Assembly (NCBI GenBank): GCA_918234285.1
Contig: CAKJXZ020000012.1
Location: forward strand, 35,050 to 99,049
Origin: Pseudomonadota bacterium
GTDB lineage: Bacteria; Pseudomonadota; Alphaproteobacteria; RF32; CAG-239
DNA length: 64,000 bases
Reading direction: 5' to 3'
Shown: in pieces, positions 10,908 through 19,587 of the stretch
How the letters are laid out: the number at the start of each line of letters is the position of its first letter
Numbering within the stretch: position 1 is the first letter of the stretch
The notes under the pieces: generated by a model
The model's database searches: none
What the model saw: the letters and a program-made list of their open reading frames with translations, nothing else
Told to the model about the DNA's origin: nothing
Position numbers and translations under genes: made by a program

Positions 10908-12020
10908 ATGGGATTTTGGATTGTTTATTTGCTCGTAGGAACGTTGTGCAGCACCGTCGGCGGTTACGCGCTGTCGGCAGATGCCGGCTATCCGTTTTGG
11001 GCTTCTGCGGGCATTTACGGCGCCTTTTTTGCGGCTTGGCTTGCCATGCCGGCGATTTGGTATTGGCAACATCGGAGCACTTTGCCGCCGCGATTGTATA
11101 AATTTGTTTTTCGTGCCGGCTATCTGCTGTTCGGAGTTGCATTTGTGCTGACGGCTTTATTGGTGCTGCGTAATATGGTGTGGTACGCTGCCTATATTTT
11201 CGGGCTGAATGTACCGTCGCCGTTCACGGAGTCGGCAGTGCGGGCGGCTAATGCAATAACGTTGGCAATTACCGCACTGTGCTGTTTGTATGCGCTGCAT
11301 GCCGCACAAAAGTTGCCGCGAGTGGTGCATTATGAATATCATGATGCGCGCATTAAAAGGCCGCTGGCACTGTTAGTAATTTCCGATTGGCATATAAATC
11401 GGACGATTTCTCCACAAAAAGTAGCCGAACGCGTGGCCCTGTTCAATAATCTTAAGCCAGATGTTATTCTAATGCCCGGCGATATTGCCGACGATACTCC
11501 GGAGATAATGCGCGAACAATTAAATGCGCTGAAAAAACTGCGTGCACCGCTCGGTATTTATTATACCGTCGGCAATCACGAAGCGTATAATTATGCGCCG
11601 GCATGGGAAGCCGCATTTGCCGCTCTCGGATGGCGAGTTTTGCACAACAGCGGAGTATCGGTTGAAGACTGCGGAATCTATATCGGAGGTGTGCCGGACG
11701 CAAGCACTTTCGGTGTCAGTGCCGGACAGGCGCTCAGACAGGCCGCGTCGGAACAATATAGGATTTTGCTCTCGCATACACCGACGATTATGGCACAAAC
11801 AGAAGATATTTCTGTTGATTTGGTGGTGGCGGGACATACCCACGGCGGGCAGATTTTTCCGTTTAATTTTTTAACCAAATTCGGGAACAGCGGCTTTGTC
11901 GCCGGAGAATATCGGCAACACAATACCGTTTTACTGGTTTCGCGCGGAGCCGGCTATTGGGGACCGCCGCTGCGCCTGTTTGCTCCGAGCGATGTTTTGA
12001 TGGTAGAGCTGCGGCCATAA
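10908..12020 (+). CDS. Membrane-bound calcineurin-like metallophosphoesterase (YkuE/YaeI type)
   Basis: N-terminal TM helices; motifs SDWH, GDIAD, GNHE, SHTP, GHTHGGQ. Confidence 0.9.
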   Translation: MGFWIVYLLVGTLCSTVGGYALSADAGYPFWASAGIYGAFFAAWLAMPAIWYWQHRSTLPPRLYKFVFRAGYLLFGVAFVLTALLVLRNMVWYAAYIFGLNVPSPFTESAVRAANAITLAITALCCLYALHAAQKLPRVVHYEYHDARIKRPLALLVISDWHINRTISPQKVAERVALFNNLKPDVILMPGDIADDTPEIMREQLNALKKLRAPLGIYYTVGNHEAYNYAPAWEAAFAALGWRVLHNSGVSVEDCGIYIGGVPDASTFGVSAGQALRQAASEQYRILLSHTPTIMAQTEDISVDLVVAGHTHGGQIFPFNFLTKFGNSGFVAGEYRQHNTVLLVSRGAGYWGPPLRLFAPSDVLMVELRP

Positions 12021-12085
12021 AAACACGTTAACGATATTTTAGAGAATCCGTTGTATTTTATAGAAAAAATTACGGGAGATTTGGT

Positions 12086-12670
12086 ATGAAAAAAATCATT
12101 GTTATTTTGGGTTGTGCCGTATTTTTGCTGAGCGCTTGCGGTAAAAAAGATGAGGATAAGCAGAAAAAAACGGCGACAACAACAGAAGTATCTGAAGTAA
12201 TTTCGGCCGAAGAAATTGATGTTTTGGCTGAGGAAGAAGTCGCTCCGGTCAGCGTTTATGAAGACGAATTTACCAAAAAAGTCGGCGGCGATGCACAAAT
12301 ATTCAAGAAGGAGTTCAAGAAACTCAGCGAACCGCAACAGTATTATTTTTGCGCCGCATTTGCCATGGGGGCGATGTCGGTGGCCAAACCGATTACCGCT
12401 TCGGCAATGGTCAACTATTTCCTGGGCTTGGGGGTTAACCAATATAACGTCGGTATCAACGACGATACGTACATGACTTTTAATGCCGGTAAGAATTCGT
12501 TTTTGCACGAAGAATTGGTTAATGTCATTTTACAGGATAAAATCTGCGAAGATATGATTAATTCCGCCACCGATTATGCCGTAAAAAACAACAAGAGCGT
12601 GGCCGATTTGGATAAGCTCGGCCAAGTCGAAGTGGAAAAAGTGGTGAAATACATTCAGGATATGCAATAG
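12086..12670 (+). CDS. Hypothetical lipoprotein
   Basis: MKK signal peptide with lipobox LSAC; GGAG RBS. Confidence 0.75.
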   Translation: MKKIIVILGCAVFLLSACGKKDEDKQKKTATTTEVSEVISAEEIDVLAEEEVAPVSVYEDEFTKKVGGDAQIFKKEFKKLSEPQQYYFCAAFAMGAMSVAKPITASAMVNYFLGLGVNQYNVGINDDTYMTFNAGKNSFLHEELVNVILQDKICEDMINSATDYAVKNNKSVADLDKLGQVEVEKVVKYIQDMQ

Positions 12671-12853
12671 ACCTGATATTATCGTCAGAACAGGGCTTCG
12701 CGTGCATATTGCCGCGGAGCTTTTTTATATTTCAAAGGTATACGGCCGAGAGAGCTGTGCAAAAGTCAAATAAGTGTGGTAATTAATAATATATTAAGAT
12801 ATATATGATTTAGTATATGCGAAGGCATACAACTAAATGAAAGGATCCTTAAT

Positions 12854-13456
12854 ATGAAAAAAATTTTATTGTTAGCCGGTGTCGCCGCATTGTTTGCCTC
12901 TAATGCTTCGGCATCAATGTTTACTCCGTATTTGTCGGCTAAGGTTAAGTATGACTTTGTTGATAGTACCGTAAAGTACGAAAAAAGCGATCTTGACCAT
13001 AGAATCAATATGGATAAAGATGTTTTTGCCGGCAGCGTTGCATTCGGTTTGCGTCCGGAAGCTCTTCCGGCACTTCGCGGCGAATTGGAATACAACCACA
13101 ACAAGACCATTAAAAAGACGGTTGACGATGGTTCTGCCAGAACGGAAATTCACTATGTTTTGCTCAATATGTACTATGATTACATAACTTGCACTCCGTT
13201 TACACCGTACCTCGGCGTCGGCTTGGGCGGTTCGAGCATAAAATACTCGGTTGAAGACCAAAGTGACCGTAACAACCGCTTTGCATGGCAAGTCGGTGCA
13301 GGTATTGCCTATGCTTTCAATACCAATATTTCGGCTGATGTAGGCTATCGTTTTGTTGATTTGGGCCACATGTCCAGAAATCACGATGGTGCTAAAACCA
13401 GAATTGATTCCAATGCTCACGAACTTTATCTCGGTTTGAGATATACGTTTGAATAA
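12854..13456 (+). CDS. Outer-membrane beta-barrel protein (opacity/OmpA-like 8-stranded)
   Basis: Signal peptide; LRGELEY, NMYYD, FTPYLGVGLG, FAWQVGAG, DVGYRF, LGLRYTF motifs. Confidence 0.88.
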   Translation: MKKILLLAGVAALFASNASASMFTPYLSAKVKYDFVDSTVKYEKSDLDHRINMDKDVFAGSVAFGLRPEALPALRGELEYNHNKTIKKTVDDGSARTEIHYVLLNMYYDYITCTPFTPYLGVGLGGSSIKYSVEDQSDRNNRFAWQVGAGIAYAFNTNISADVGYRFVDLGHMSRNHDGAKTRIDSNAHELYLGLRYTFE

Positions 13457-13481
13457 GCGAAATTAACGCATAATTGCGATA

Positions 13482-13509
13482 AGGGACGGACTAGCTCCGC
13501 CCCTTTTTT
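13482..13509 (+). terminator. Intrinsic terminator
   Basis: AAGGGACGGA-CTAGC-TCCGCCC followed by TTTTTT. Confidence 0.6.
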
Positions 13510-13544
13510 GTTGCCGATAAATAAGATTTTTCATTAATAAAACA

Positions 13545-14621
13545 TTGGCGGGCTATCAATCCGGTCGCGGAGGGGTGGATAGCTACGGCGTAGACCACAG
13601 CGGTTTTACCACGCGCGATGAACTGGAATATCAAAGCGCGCGATTGGCCAGAGAAAATCAACTGGCGGAAGGTTTTGCTAAGCAAGGAATTGCCGAAGAA
13701 AACTACCCGCAGTATGGCACAAATTTTTGGGGTGGTTCGCCGGAAAATAACTACGGCTTCGGCACTTCAAATATTAAGCAAAATATTGAAAATATTACAA
13801 ACCGGTTGAACAACGGCGCAAACAGCGGGCAAGTCTTCGCAAATTCCGACCATTCTGTCAACACCGAAAGCTTAGTCGGTCAACCAAGCAGTTATTTTCA
13901 AAATAATAGCTCTGCTTTTGTAAATAATAACACCAGCGGCTTAGGAAATAACAATACAAGCGGTTTGAATAGTACTGCCACTGGCGGATTCAATAACGAC
14001 AGCACAAAACTTAATCAAAATAACTTGAGCGAAAATGGTACGAGTGAGGTGGATACATTACAACAATCTCAACAATTATCACAAATTCCGGAATGGCAAA
14101 AACCAGCATACAGCTCTACACACATGTATGCGTGGCAGAGAAATAAGCAACCACCCATATTGTGGCAAACTAATCAACAAGATATGCTTTCCCCCGGACG
14201 TGCAATTGATTATAAAAAATTGGCTGAGGGTATCTTGAATAACCAATCTGTACAGCCAGATATGATACAACATGATAATCAAAAAGGATATAACATTCGA
14301 AACGATAATAATTATGAGTGGACAAACTCAGAACCTTATGATCGTGGAGGAGATATAATATCAGTGTACAATAATTTTAGAAAAATAAACACAGAAAACC
14401 CAATTATATCACCAACATCATCTGGAAACAAAGTTACGGATTTTGTTGTTATACAAAGAATTAAAAAGTTGTATCCTCACTTGGCAAAAATGATAAGAGC
14501 ATATGATTTAGGTTACAGAGGGGCAGGTTATTATGATAATTTAAAAAGAGCATATCGCGAAAGTCACCGTTATGATAGAGTATTTTCTGATGAGGAACTT
14601 TTATCGTTGCAAAATCGGTAA
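13545..14621 (+). CDS. Putative polymorphic toxin A1 lacking its native promoter, RBS and ATG; conserved N-domain plus unknown C-terminal domain
   Basis: The first ~115 aa closely match the 46915 ORF but MDIWDEIK is missing. The TTG start has no RBS. The C-terminus is unrelated to the other copies. Confidence 0.65.
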   Translation: MAGYQSGRGGVDSYGVDHSGFTTRDELEYQSARLARENQLAEGFAKQGIAEENYPQYGTNFWGGSPENNYGFGTSNIKQNIENITNRLNNGANSGQVFANSDHSVNTESLVGQPSSYFQNNSSAFVNNNTSGLGNNNTSGLNSTATGGFNNDSTKLNQNNLSENGTSEVDTLQQSQQLSQIPEWQKPAYSSTHMYAWQRNKQPPILWQTNQQDMLSPGRAIDYKKLAEGILNNQSVQPDMIQHDNQKGYNIRNDNNYEWTNSEPYDRGGDIISVYNNFRKINTENPIISPTSSGNKVTDFVVIQRIKKLYPHLAKMIRAYDLGYRGAGYYDNLKRAYRESHRYDRVFSDEELLSLQNR

Positions 14622-14647
14622 TATTTGATTACAATTACATAAACCCC

Positions 14648-14732
14648 AAAAACAGAGAGTATGTAGCAGAATTTCTGCTTCTGCATATTGGGCACATATT
14701 AGGAATACTTCGCTACAACTCTCTGTTTTTTT
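14648..14732 (+). repeat. Long imperfect inverted repeat / terminator-like hairpin between toxin A1 and its candidate immunity gene
   Basis: AAAAACAGAGAGT-A-TGTAGC ... GCTACA-ACTCTCTGTTTTT followed by further Ts. Confidence 0.65.
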
Positions 14733-14762
14733 TGAAAACTGGAAATATGCGGAGAGTGTAAT

Positions 14763-15236
14763 ATGAAAAATATTGATAAAGAAGTTTGTATATTCGGCGG
14801 TTGTTATTTTGCAAGCGAATATATCATTTATATTTTTACTGGATTTTTACAATTTCTCATACAACATCTGCCGCAAAATTTGAATGCAATTTTTATTTTC
14901 TTGAGTGATGCTCTCACCATATTCTCCGGATTAATGTTTGTGCTGTTTGTGGTACTTTTATTACGGTATTTATTTACACAAAAGTCTTTATCGATTATTA
15001 GCAAAATTCACAACAAATTTCCGAAGATTTCGGTGTATTTGTATTATTTGGGGTATGCAGGTTATATTTTGCTTGCGCTGAATGTGTTGCTATTGATACC
15101 GCTTTATGCTATGAATTTGAGTGAAATTGTGCAAAATATCATCGTATGGACATTAACAGTCATTAATATTTTGGGATTATTATTCCCCCTTGTTTTTGCA
15201 AGTTATAAGGTATTTTACAAACCCAAAAGATGTTAG
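14763..15236 (+). CDS. Integral membrane protein (~4 TM), candidate immunity for A1
   Basis: GGAGAG RBS; four hydrophobic stretches; lies directly after the toxin C-terminus. Confidence 0.6.
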   Translation: MKNIDKEVCIFGGCYFASEYIIYIFTGFLQFLIQHLPQNLNAIFIFLSDALTIFSGLMFVLFVVLLLRYLFTQKSLSIISKIHNKFPKISVYLYYLGYAGYILLALNVLLLIPLYAMNLSEIVQNIIVWTLTVINILGLLFPLVFASYKVFYKPKRC

Positions 15237-15245
15237 ATAGATTAA

Positions 15246-15926
15246 CTCAATAACAGCGGATTTGGTAACGGTACAAATAACGGTCAAGTCTTTGCAAATT
15301 CTGATTATACCGTCAATACCGAAAGCCTAGTCGGCAAACCGAGCAGTTATTTTCAGAATGGTAATTCTGTTTTTGCAAATAACAATACCAGCAATTTGGA
15401 AAATAATAACACAAGCGGCGCTAATACAACAATAGGGCAACAGGATAATAATGTAGGAAGTAATAATTCTATTGTTCAAAGTATTACTGCATTAAATCCG
15501 ATTAATGCCGGTTATCAAATCGGACAGAAAATTGGTGAATTTGCTGCTGATACAAAGTTAGCATATGATTATTGGCAAAAGATGAATCAAACAGGAAACC
15601 AACTTGTTACAACGTTCGGTTCTGGACAAGGTGCTGATATAGATAATTATTACCATCCATTATTACAGTGCGAATTAGCAAAAATAAGTCCGCAAAGTCG
15701 AAATAATGGTATTGCTTTGGGTTATGCTAAAGAGTATCTGATGGATTATCCTAAAAAGAGGTTTTTACAACACCAAAGCCATGATGAAATTATGAAAGAT
15801 AGTAGAAAAGACTTGCAAAACAATCTTTATGGTAGTAACTTAGGGTATGATAATCCAAGCAGAAGCTGTGAGGATTTGTTGGATGACAGAAGAACACCCA
15901 ATATGCGCAAATTAGGCATAAAGTAA
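15246..15926 (+). pseudogene. Orphan toxin cassette A2 (no start codon) with SAA-like C-terminal domain
   Basis: Frame opens after TAA at 15243 and reads NNGQVFANSDYTVNTESLVGKPSSYFQN, the shared linker. The C-terminus has DNYYH..C...KE...DSRKDLQNNLYG...SC. Confidence 0.7.
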
Positions 15927-15996
15927 TTATCGAATGATATAGAGGGAGTTAACGTTATTTAATCCCCTCTATATTTATTACATGGAATGTGTTAAA

Positions 15997-16200
15997 ATGA
16001 AGAAAAATATATTAAAATCAATTCTGTATGTGGTTTATAAATGCGCATTGTATTTTATTGTGGCAACTTTTATTGCCGTTCTTTTTATACAAATATTTTA
16101 CCTCTATGAAGAAAACAAATTTATAGACGATTGTGTTAAAAAAGGAGATACCCGGGAACATTGTCAGAGTATTTGGTCTGAAATAGATGCCTTAAATTAA
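15997..16200 (+). CDS. Small membrane protein with CxxxGxxxExC motif, candidate immunity
   Basis: Hydrophobic helix then FIDDCVKKGDTREHC; paralogous to the next gene. Confidence 0.6.
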   Translation: MKKNILKSILYVVYKCALYFIVATFIAVLFIQIFYLYEENKFIDDCVKKGDTREHCQSIWSEIDALN

Positions 16201-16220
16201 AATTATAGAGGAGGATTGTG

Positions 16221-16421
16221 ATGAGCTTATTCAAAGATATATCAACAGACGTTATTAAACTATTGTGCTGGATTGGGTTCTTTATTGCATTATTTTTTAT
16301 TGCAACTACAGCTTTTTATTATTGGGATTTCTATATAAATTTGGAACAAAATACAAAATTGATTCAAGAATGTATGGATGAAGGTAATAGTGAAGAAGTC
16401 TGTAAAGGCAGAGTTTATTGA
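16221..16421 (+). CDS. Small membrane protein with CxxxGxxxExC motif, candidate immunity paralog
   Basis: RBS GAGGAGG; hydrophobic helix then LIQECMDEGNSEEVC. Confidence 0.65.
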   Translation: MSLFKDISTDVIKLLCWIGFFIALFFIATTAFYYWDFYINLEQNTKLIQECMDEGNSEEVCKGRVY

Positions 16422-16498
16422 ACTTCGAGGACATAGCAAACAAAATAACTTTACCTCTCAAAGTTAAATACAAAAGAGGTTGGTAATTTACATAATAG

Positions 16499-16530
16499 GC
16501 AAGAGTTGAAATATACTCTTGCTCTTTTTT
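16499..16530 (+). terminator. Intrinsic terminator
   Basis: GCAAGAGT-TGAAATAT-ACTCTTGC followed by TCTTTTTT. Confidence 0.6.
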
Positions 16531-16689
16531 ATTTACACTGTATTATATTCTTAATTCAACTTAAAATGGTGCAATTATGCTTAAAAATTTACTTCTGATG
16601 ATGAAAAACAATAAAGAAAAAACGGCTCCCCTCTGTTTTTGTGGATGCTGTGCTTCAATTTATTATGTTTGAGAACAGCGGAGAGTAAA

Positions 16690-17262
16690 ATGGTAACAAA
16701 AGATAGAATATATATGACATTTAAATATCTCGGGTGTTTTCTTGCATGCAATATTTTATTGTGGGCTATGATATGGCTTATTGCCGAATTAGACCAAGAC
16801 AAACTTGAGCTGATTGATTGCTTTGCGTTTGAATACGGATATATTACAAAAACACTTAGTTACCAAAGTTATTTACAAGGAGCTTGCACCTACCCGCAAA
16901 TATGCACGTGCGCCGTAAATGCCGAATGGATATTGTTTTTCTATATTTGGGCTTTGCCGATTTTTGTTTTTTATGAAGTTTTTCGGCGCAAAATCATTCC
17001 GGCACAATACACCTATTTGTTTGTTTTTGGCGAAATTGCTTTTTGGTCGGTTATATGTTTTTTATGCCAAGACAATGCACCCTTTTTATGGTTTCCGCTC
17101 GGGAATACTTACAAAATCATCGCACCTATGGCAATTATTATGCTCGCATTACACAGCTTGCCGCCGAAAGTACTTAAAGTGCTCTCTACAATCATCGGCA
17201 CGATTTACGGGTTGTATTGGGGAATTTTTATAGCAATGATTGTCCCGAACTTTTTCCGCTAA
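16690..17262 (+). CDS. Multi-TM membrane protein with Cys-containing loop; orphan immunity candidate, paralog of 48176..48751
   Basis: GGAGAG RBS; ALPIFVFYEVFRRKII aligns with IIPLYLLYDYVRRKIV; same downstream hairpin and junction. Confidence 0.65.
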   Translation: MVTKDRIYMTFKYLGCFLACNILLWAMIWLIAELDQDKLELIDCFAFEYGYITKTLSYQSYLQGACTYPQICTCAVNAEWILFFYIWALPIFVFYEVFRRKIIPAQYTYLFVFGEIAFWSVICFLCQDNAPFLWFPLGNTYKIIAPMAIIMLALHSLPPKVLKVLSTIIGTIYGLYWGIFIAMIVPNFFR

Positions 17263-17266
17263 AAGA

Positions 17267-17291
17267 AGGAGGCCACAGAGCCTCCTTTATT
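17267..17291 (+). terminator. Terminator hairpin, also present at ~48787-48810
   Basis: AGGAGGC-CACAGA-GCCTCCT-TTATT. Confidence 0.6.
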
Positions 17292-17303
17292 GTGTAATAT
17301 GAG

Positions 17304-17413
17304 TGGCGCAGAATTTCAGCAAGCAAGGAATAGCCGAAGAAAACTACCCGCAGTTCGGCACCAACTTTTGGGGCGGAACACCGGAAAATAACTACGGCTT
17401 CGGCGCCAACCCC
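17304..17413 (+). repeat. Truncated remnant of the conserved toxin N-terminal repeat (right end of locus A)
   Basis: Encodes AQNFSKQGIAEENYPQFGTNFWGGTPENNYGFG(ANP), near-identical to ~47060-47160. Confidence 0.9.
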
Positions 17414-17560
17414 GTATATCTCCTAAGGTTTGATTGATTTTAGGCAGAATAAATTTATTTAAATGATGTCATTATCCAAAAAATTTGTTTTTGACAATTT
17501 TTTACTTGATTTTTTGTACAAAATGTGTTTTTATAAGAAGACCAGAGTAGGAGAACATCA

Positions 17561-19036
17561 ATGACAGACGAGAATATGGAAGATATCACGGAAACGACGG
17601 AAGCGGGAGATACCGAGGATACACAAGTCGCGGAAGATATCGAGCAAGAAGCAGCGCAAGAGGAGGAAACTACGATTCCGCCTGACATGTCGTTGCAAAT
17701 GTTGGCAGAAACAATTGATCCTATCAGCCGTAAAGAGCTGTTTGAACACGGATTGAACATGTTGCAAATTTCGGCGGAGAAAAAGCCGATTGTTGCTGAA
17801 TATTATAAGAGTCTGCGTGATGAGTATTTCGGTCCGGATGTACCGGAAGAAGAAGCAATAAACGCGCCGATTGAAGATGAACGGCAACGAAATTTGGTTG
17901 GCGAATTTTTAGATAATAAGCTTGACTTGATTAAGTCAGATGTGGTGAGTCTTAATTCGGATAGTGTGAATAAAGCGTTTGCGGAAATTTTTACTTTGGT
18001 CGGTGTAAAAGTAAGTCCCGAAAAGTTGGAAGAAAGTTTTTACGATCAACTGTTTGAAACGCGTTGTGAGAATATTCCGGAACTGTTGGACGAATACAAA
18101 ATTTTGCAACTCAACCGCAGTTTATACCATATTTATGCCAACAAAAGCGGTACGTTGGCTCTGAACGGTATTATCTTGCAAATGGAAAAATACTATTCTC
18201 AAAAAGATATAACGCGTGAACAGTTGGCGCAGTTTTATTATAACATCGGTTGCATTTATGACGTTCATTCTTTGCAGAAAAATACCGAAAAGATGGTCAA
18301 AGAAGAACATATGTTGGCACTGAGTTATAAGCGTAAGGCTTTGGATAAAACCAGAAAGAATATGGAATTGATTTTGAATGTTCATCGTGACTGGTGTACC
18401 AACTACGACTATAAACCGCAGAAAATTCTCGATGCTTGCCATCGAGTAATCGATAATTCCGGCGACAGTCGAAGTCTGTATCAGGCCCATATGCTTTATG
18501 CCGAAACTCTGCAAGACTTTAGAGGCACCGAGGGTTTCGGTAGTCAGCGCGAAAAACGCGTGGCTTCAATTATCAAGCACTATCGCAAAGCGGTAAATTA
18601 TACCGAAAATGAAGAAGAAAAAATCGATATACTCGATATGATTTCCGCGCAGCAGAAAAATTACGATAAGCCGGCTTATATCCGTACGCGGATGGAAATG
18701 GCTTCGTTATTGAATTATCGCGCCAAAATCAGAGAATACAGTCGTTTGGTTGATGAAACCGATGATTTCAAATTGAAATCGTTTTTGTTTATGTCCGGAA
18801 TTAATGAGTTTTACGAACTCAGCGGTATTGATGACGAAGACCGCCAGTTGTATGACGATTTGGATGCCAAATTCCGCAAGACCATTGAGGATAACGGCGG
18901 TGATGCAAAAGTTATTGCCAAATTGAATGAATTGAAAAAAGAATACGGCACTGCAGATAAAAAAGAGCCGGAAATGTTATTTGTACGGGCATCAACCAGC
19001 GGACATGATTTTTTCGGTTCAGGTAAAGGCAGATAA
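17561..19036 (+). CDS. Hypothetical protein, acidic N-terminus, helical (TPR-like) body
   Basis: 491-aa ORF with AGGAG RBS; YYNIGCIY and HMLYAETL look TPR-like. Confidence 0.7.
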   Translation: MTDENMEDITETTEAGDTEDTQVAEDIEQEAAQEEETTIPPDMSLQMLAETIDPISRKELFEHGLNMLQISAEKKPIVAEYYKSLRDEYFGPDVPEEEAINAPIEDERQRNLVGEFLDNKLDLIKSDVVSLNSDSVNKAFAEIFTLVGVKVSPEKLEESFYDQLFETRCENIPELLDEYKILQLNRSLYHIYANKSGTLALNGIILQMEKYYSQKDITREQLAQFYYNIGCIYDVHSLQKNTEKMVKEEHMLALSYKRKALDKTRKNMELILNVHRDWCTNYDYKPQKILDACHRVIDNSGDSRSLYQAHMLYAETLQDFRGTEGFGSQREKRVASIIKHYRKAVNYTENEEEKIDILDMISAQQKNYDKPAYIRTRMEMASLLNYRAKIREYSRLVDETDDFKLKSFLFMSGINEFYELSGIDDEDRQLYDDLDAKFRKTIEDNGGDAKVIAKLNELKKEYGTADKKEPEMLFVRASTSGHDFFGSGKGR

Positions 19037-19050
19037 AAAGGAGAAAGATA

Positions 19051-19587
19051 ATGTCTCGTCGCTCTTGGATATTAAGTTTTTTGATTGTGCTCGCCGGATT
19101 GTTTTCGGCGCAGGCTCGAACTATGAAAATGCAACAAATTAACTGTGTTATGCGCGATTCAAAAGAATTTTGCACGTCGCTGAAACACAGGCCGTTGAAC
19201 GGTAAAGTGGCCGTTCAGAGTCCGGACGGTAATTTAGGCAGTATCAGCGAGTTCAAAAAGGGATATCGCCACGGCGAGAGTCTGTTTTACGATGGCAACG
19301 GCTATATGACCGAGAGAATTCTTTTCCGCGACGGCATGAAGGATGGAGTGTCCTTATATTATCATAAAAACGGTAAAGTTTGGATATCCGCGCCATATAT
19401 CAAAGCTTTGTTGGACGGTTCGGTTGATATATATGACGTAAACGGTAAAATTCGCGGCAAATTCAAATATGACAAGGGTAATTTAAAGTGGGGATATTGT
19501 AAACGCAAAGGTCAACATAAAGTTAAATATCCCAATCGCAAATCCTTTGTCGAAAACAACCAACTTGTTACATGCGGTCCAAAATGA
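19051..19587 (+). CDS. Exported MORN-variant repeat protein (YwqK-like)
   Basis: Signal peptide; repeats FKKGYRHGESLFYDGNG, FRDGMKDGVSLYYHKNGK, LLDGSVDIYDVNGK. Confidence 0.8.
   Translation: MSRRSWILSFLIVLAGLFSAQARTMKMQQINCVMRDSKEFCTSLKHRPLNGKVAVQSPDGNLGSISEFKKGYRHGESLFYDGNGYMTERILFRDGMKDGVSLYYHKNGKVWISAPYIKALLDGSVDIYDVNGKIRGKFKYDKGNLKWGYCKRKGQHKVKYPNRKSFVENNQLVTCGPK

Larger units (their letters stand above)
13519..17413 (+). other. Polymorphic toxin/immunity cassette locus A
   Basis: AT-rich island. It begins with AAATAAGATTTTTCATT (shared with 46645), carries repeated conserved N-terminal segments fused to different C-termini followed by small membrane genes, and ends in a truncated copy of the conserved core. 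Confidence 0.75.

Noticed and set aside
14621-17300. Integron cassette array with attC sites
   Set aside because: No integrase is present, and the intergenic hairpins are dissimilar and lack consistent RYYYAAC/GTTRRRY boxes.
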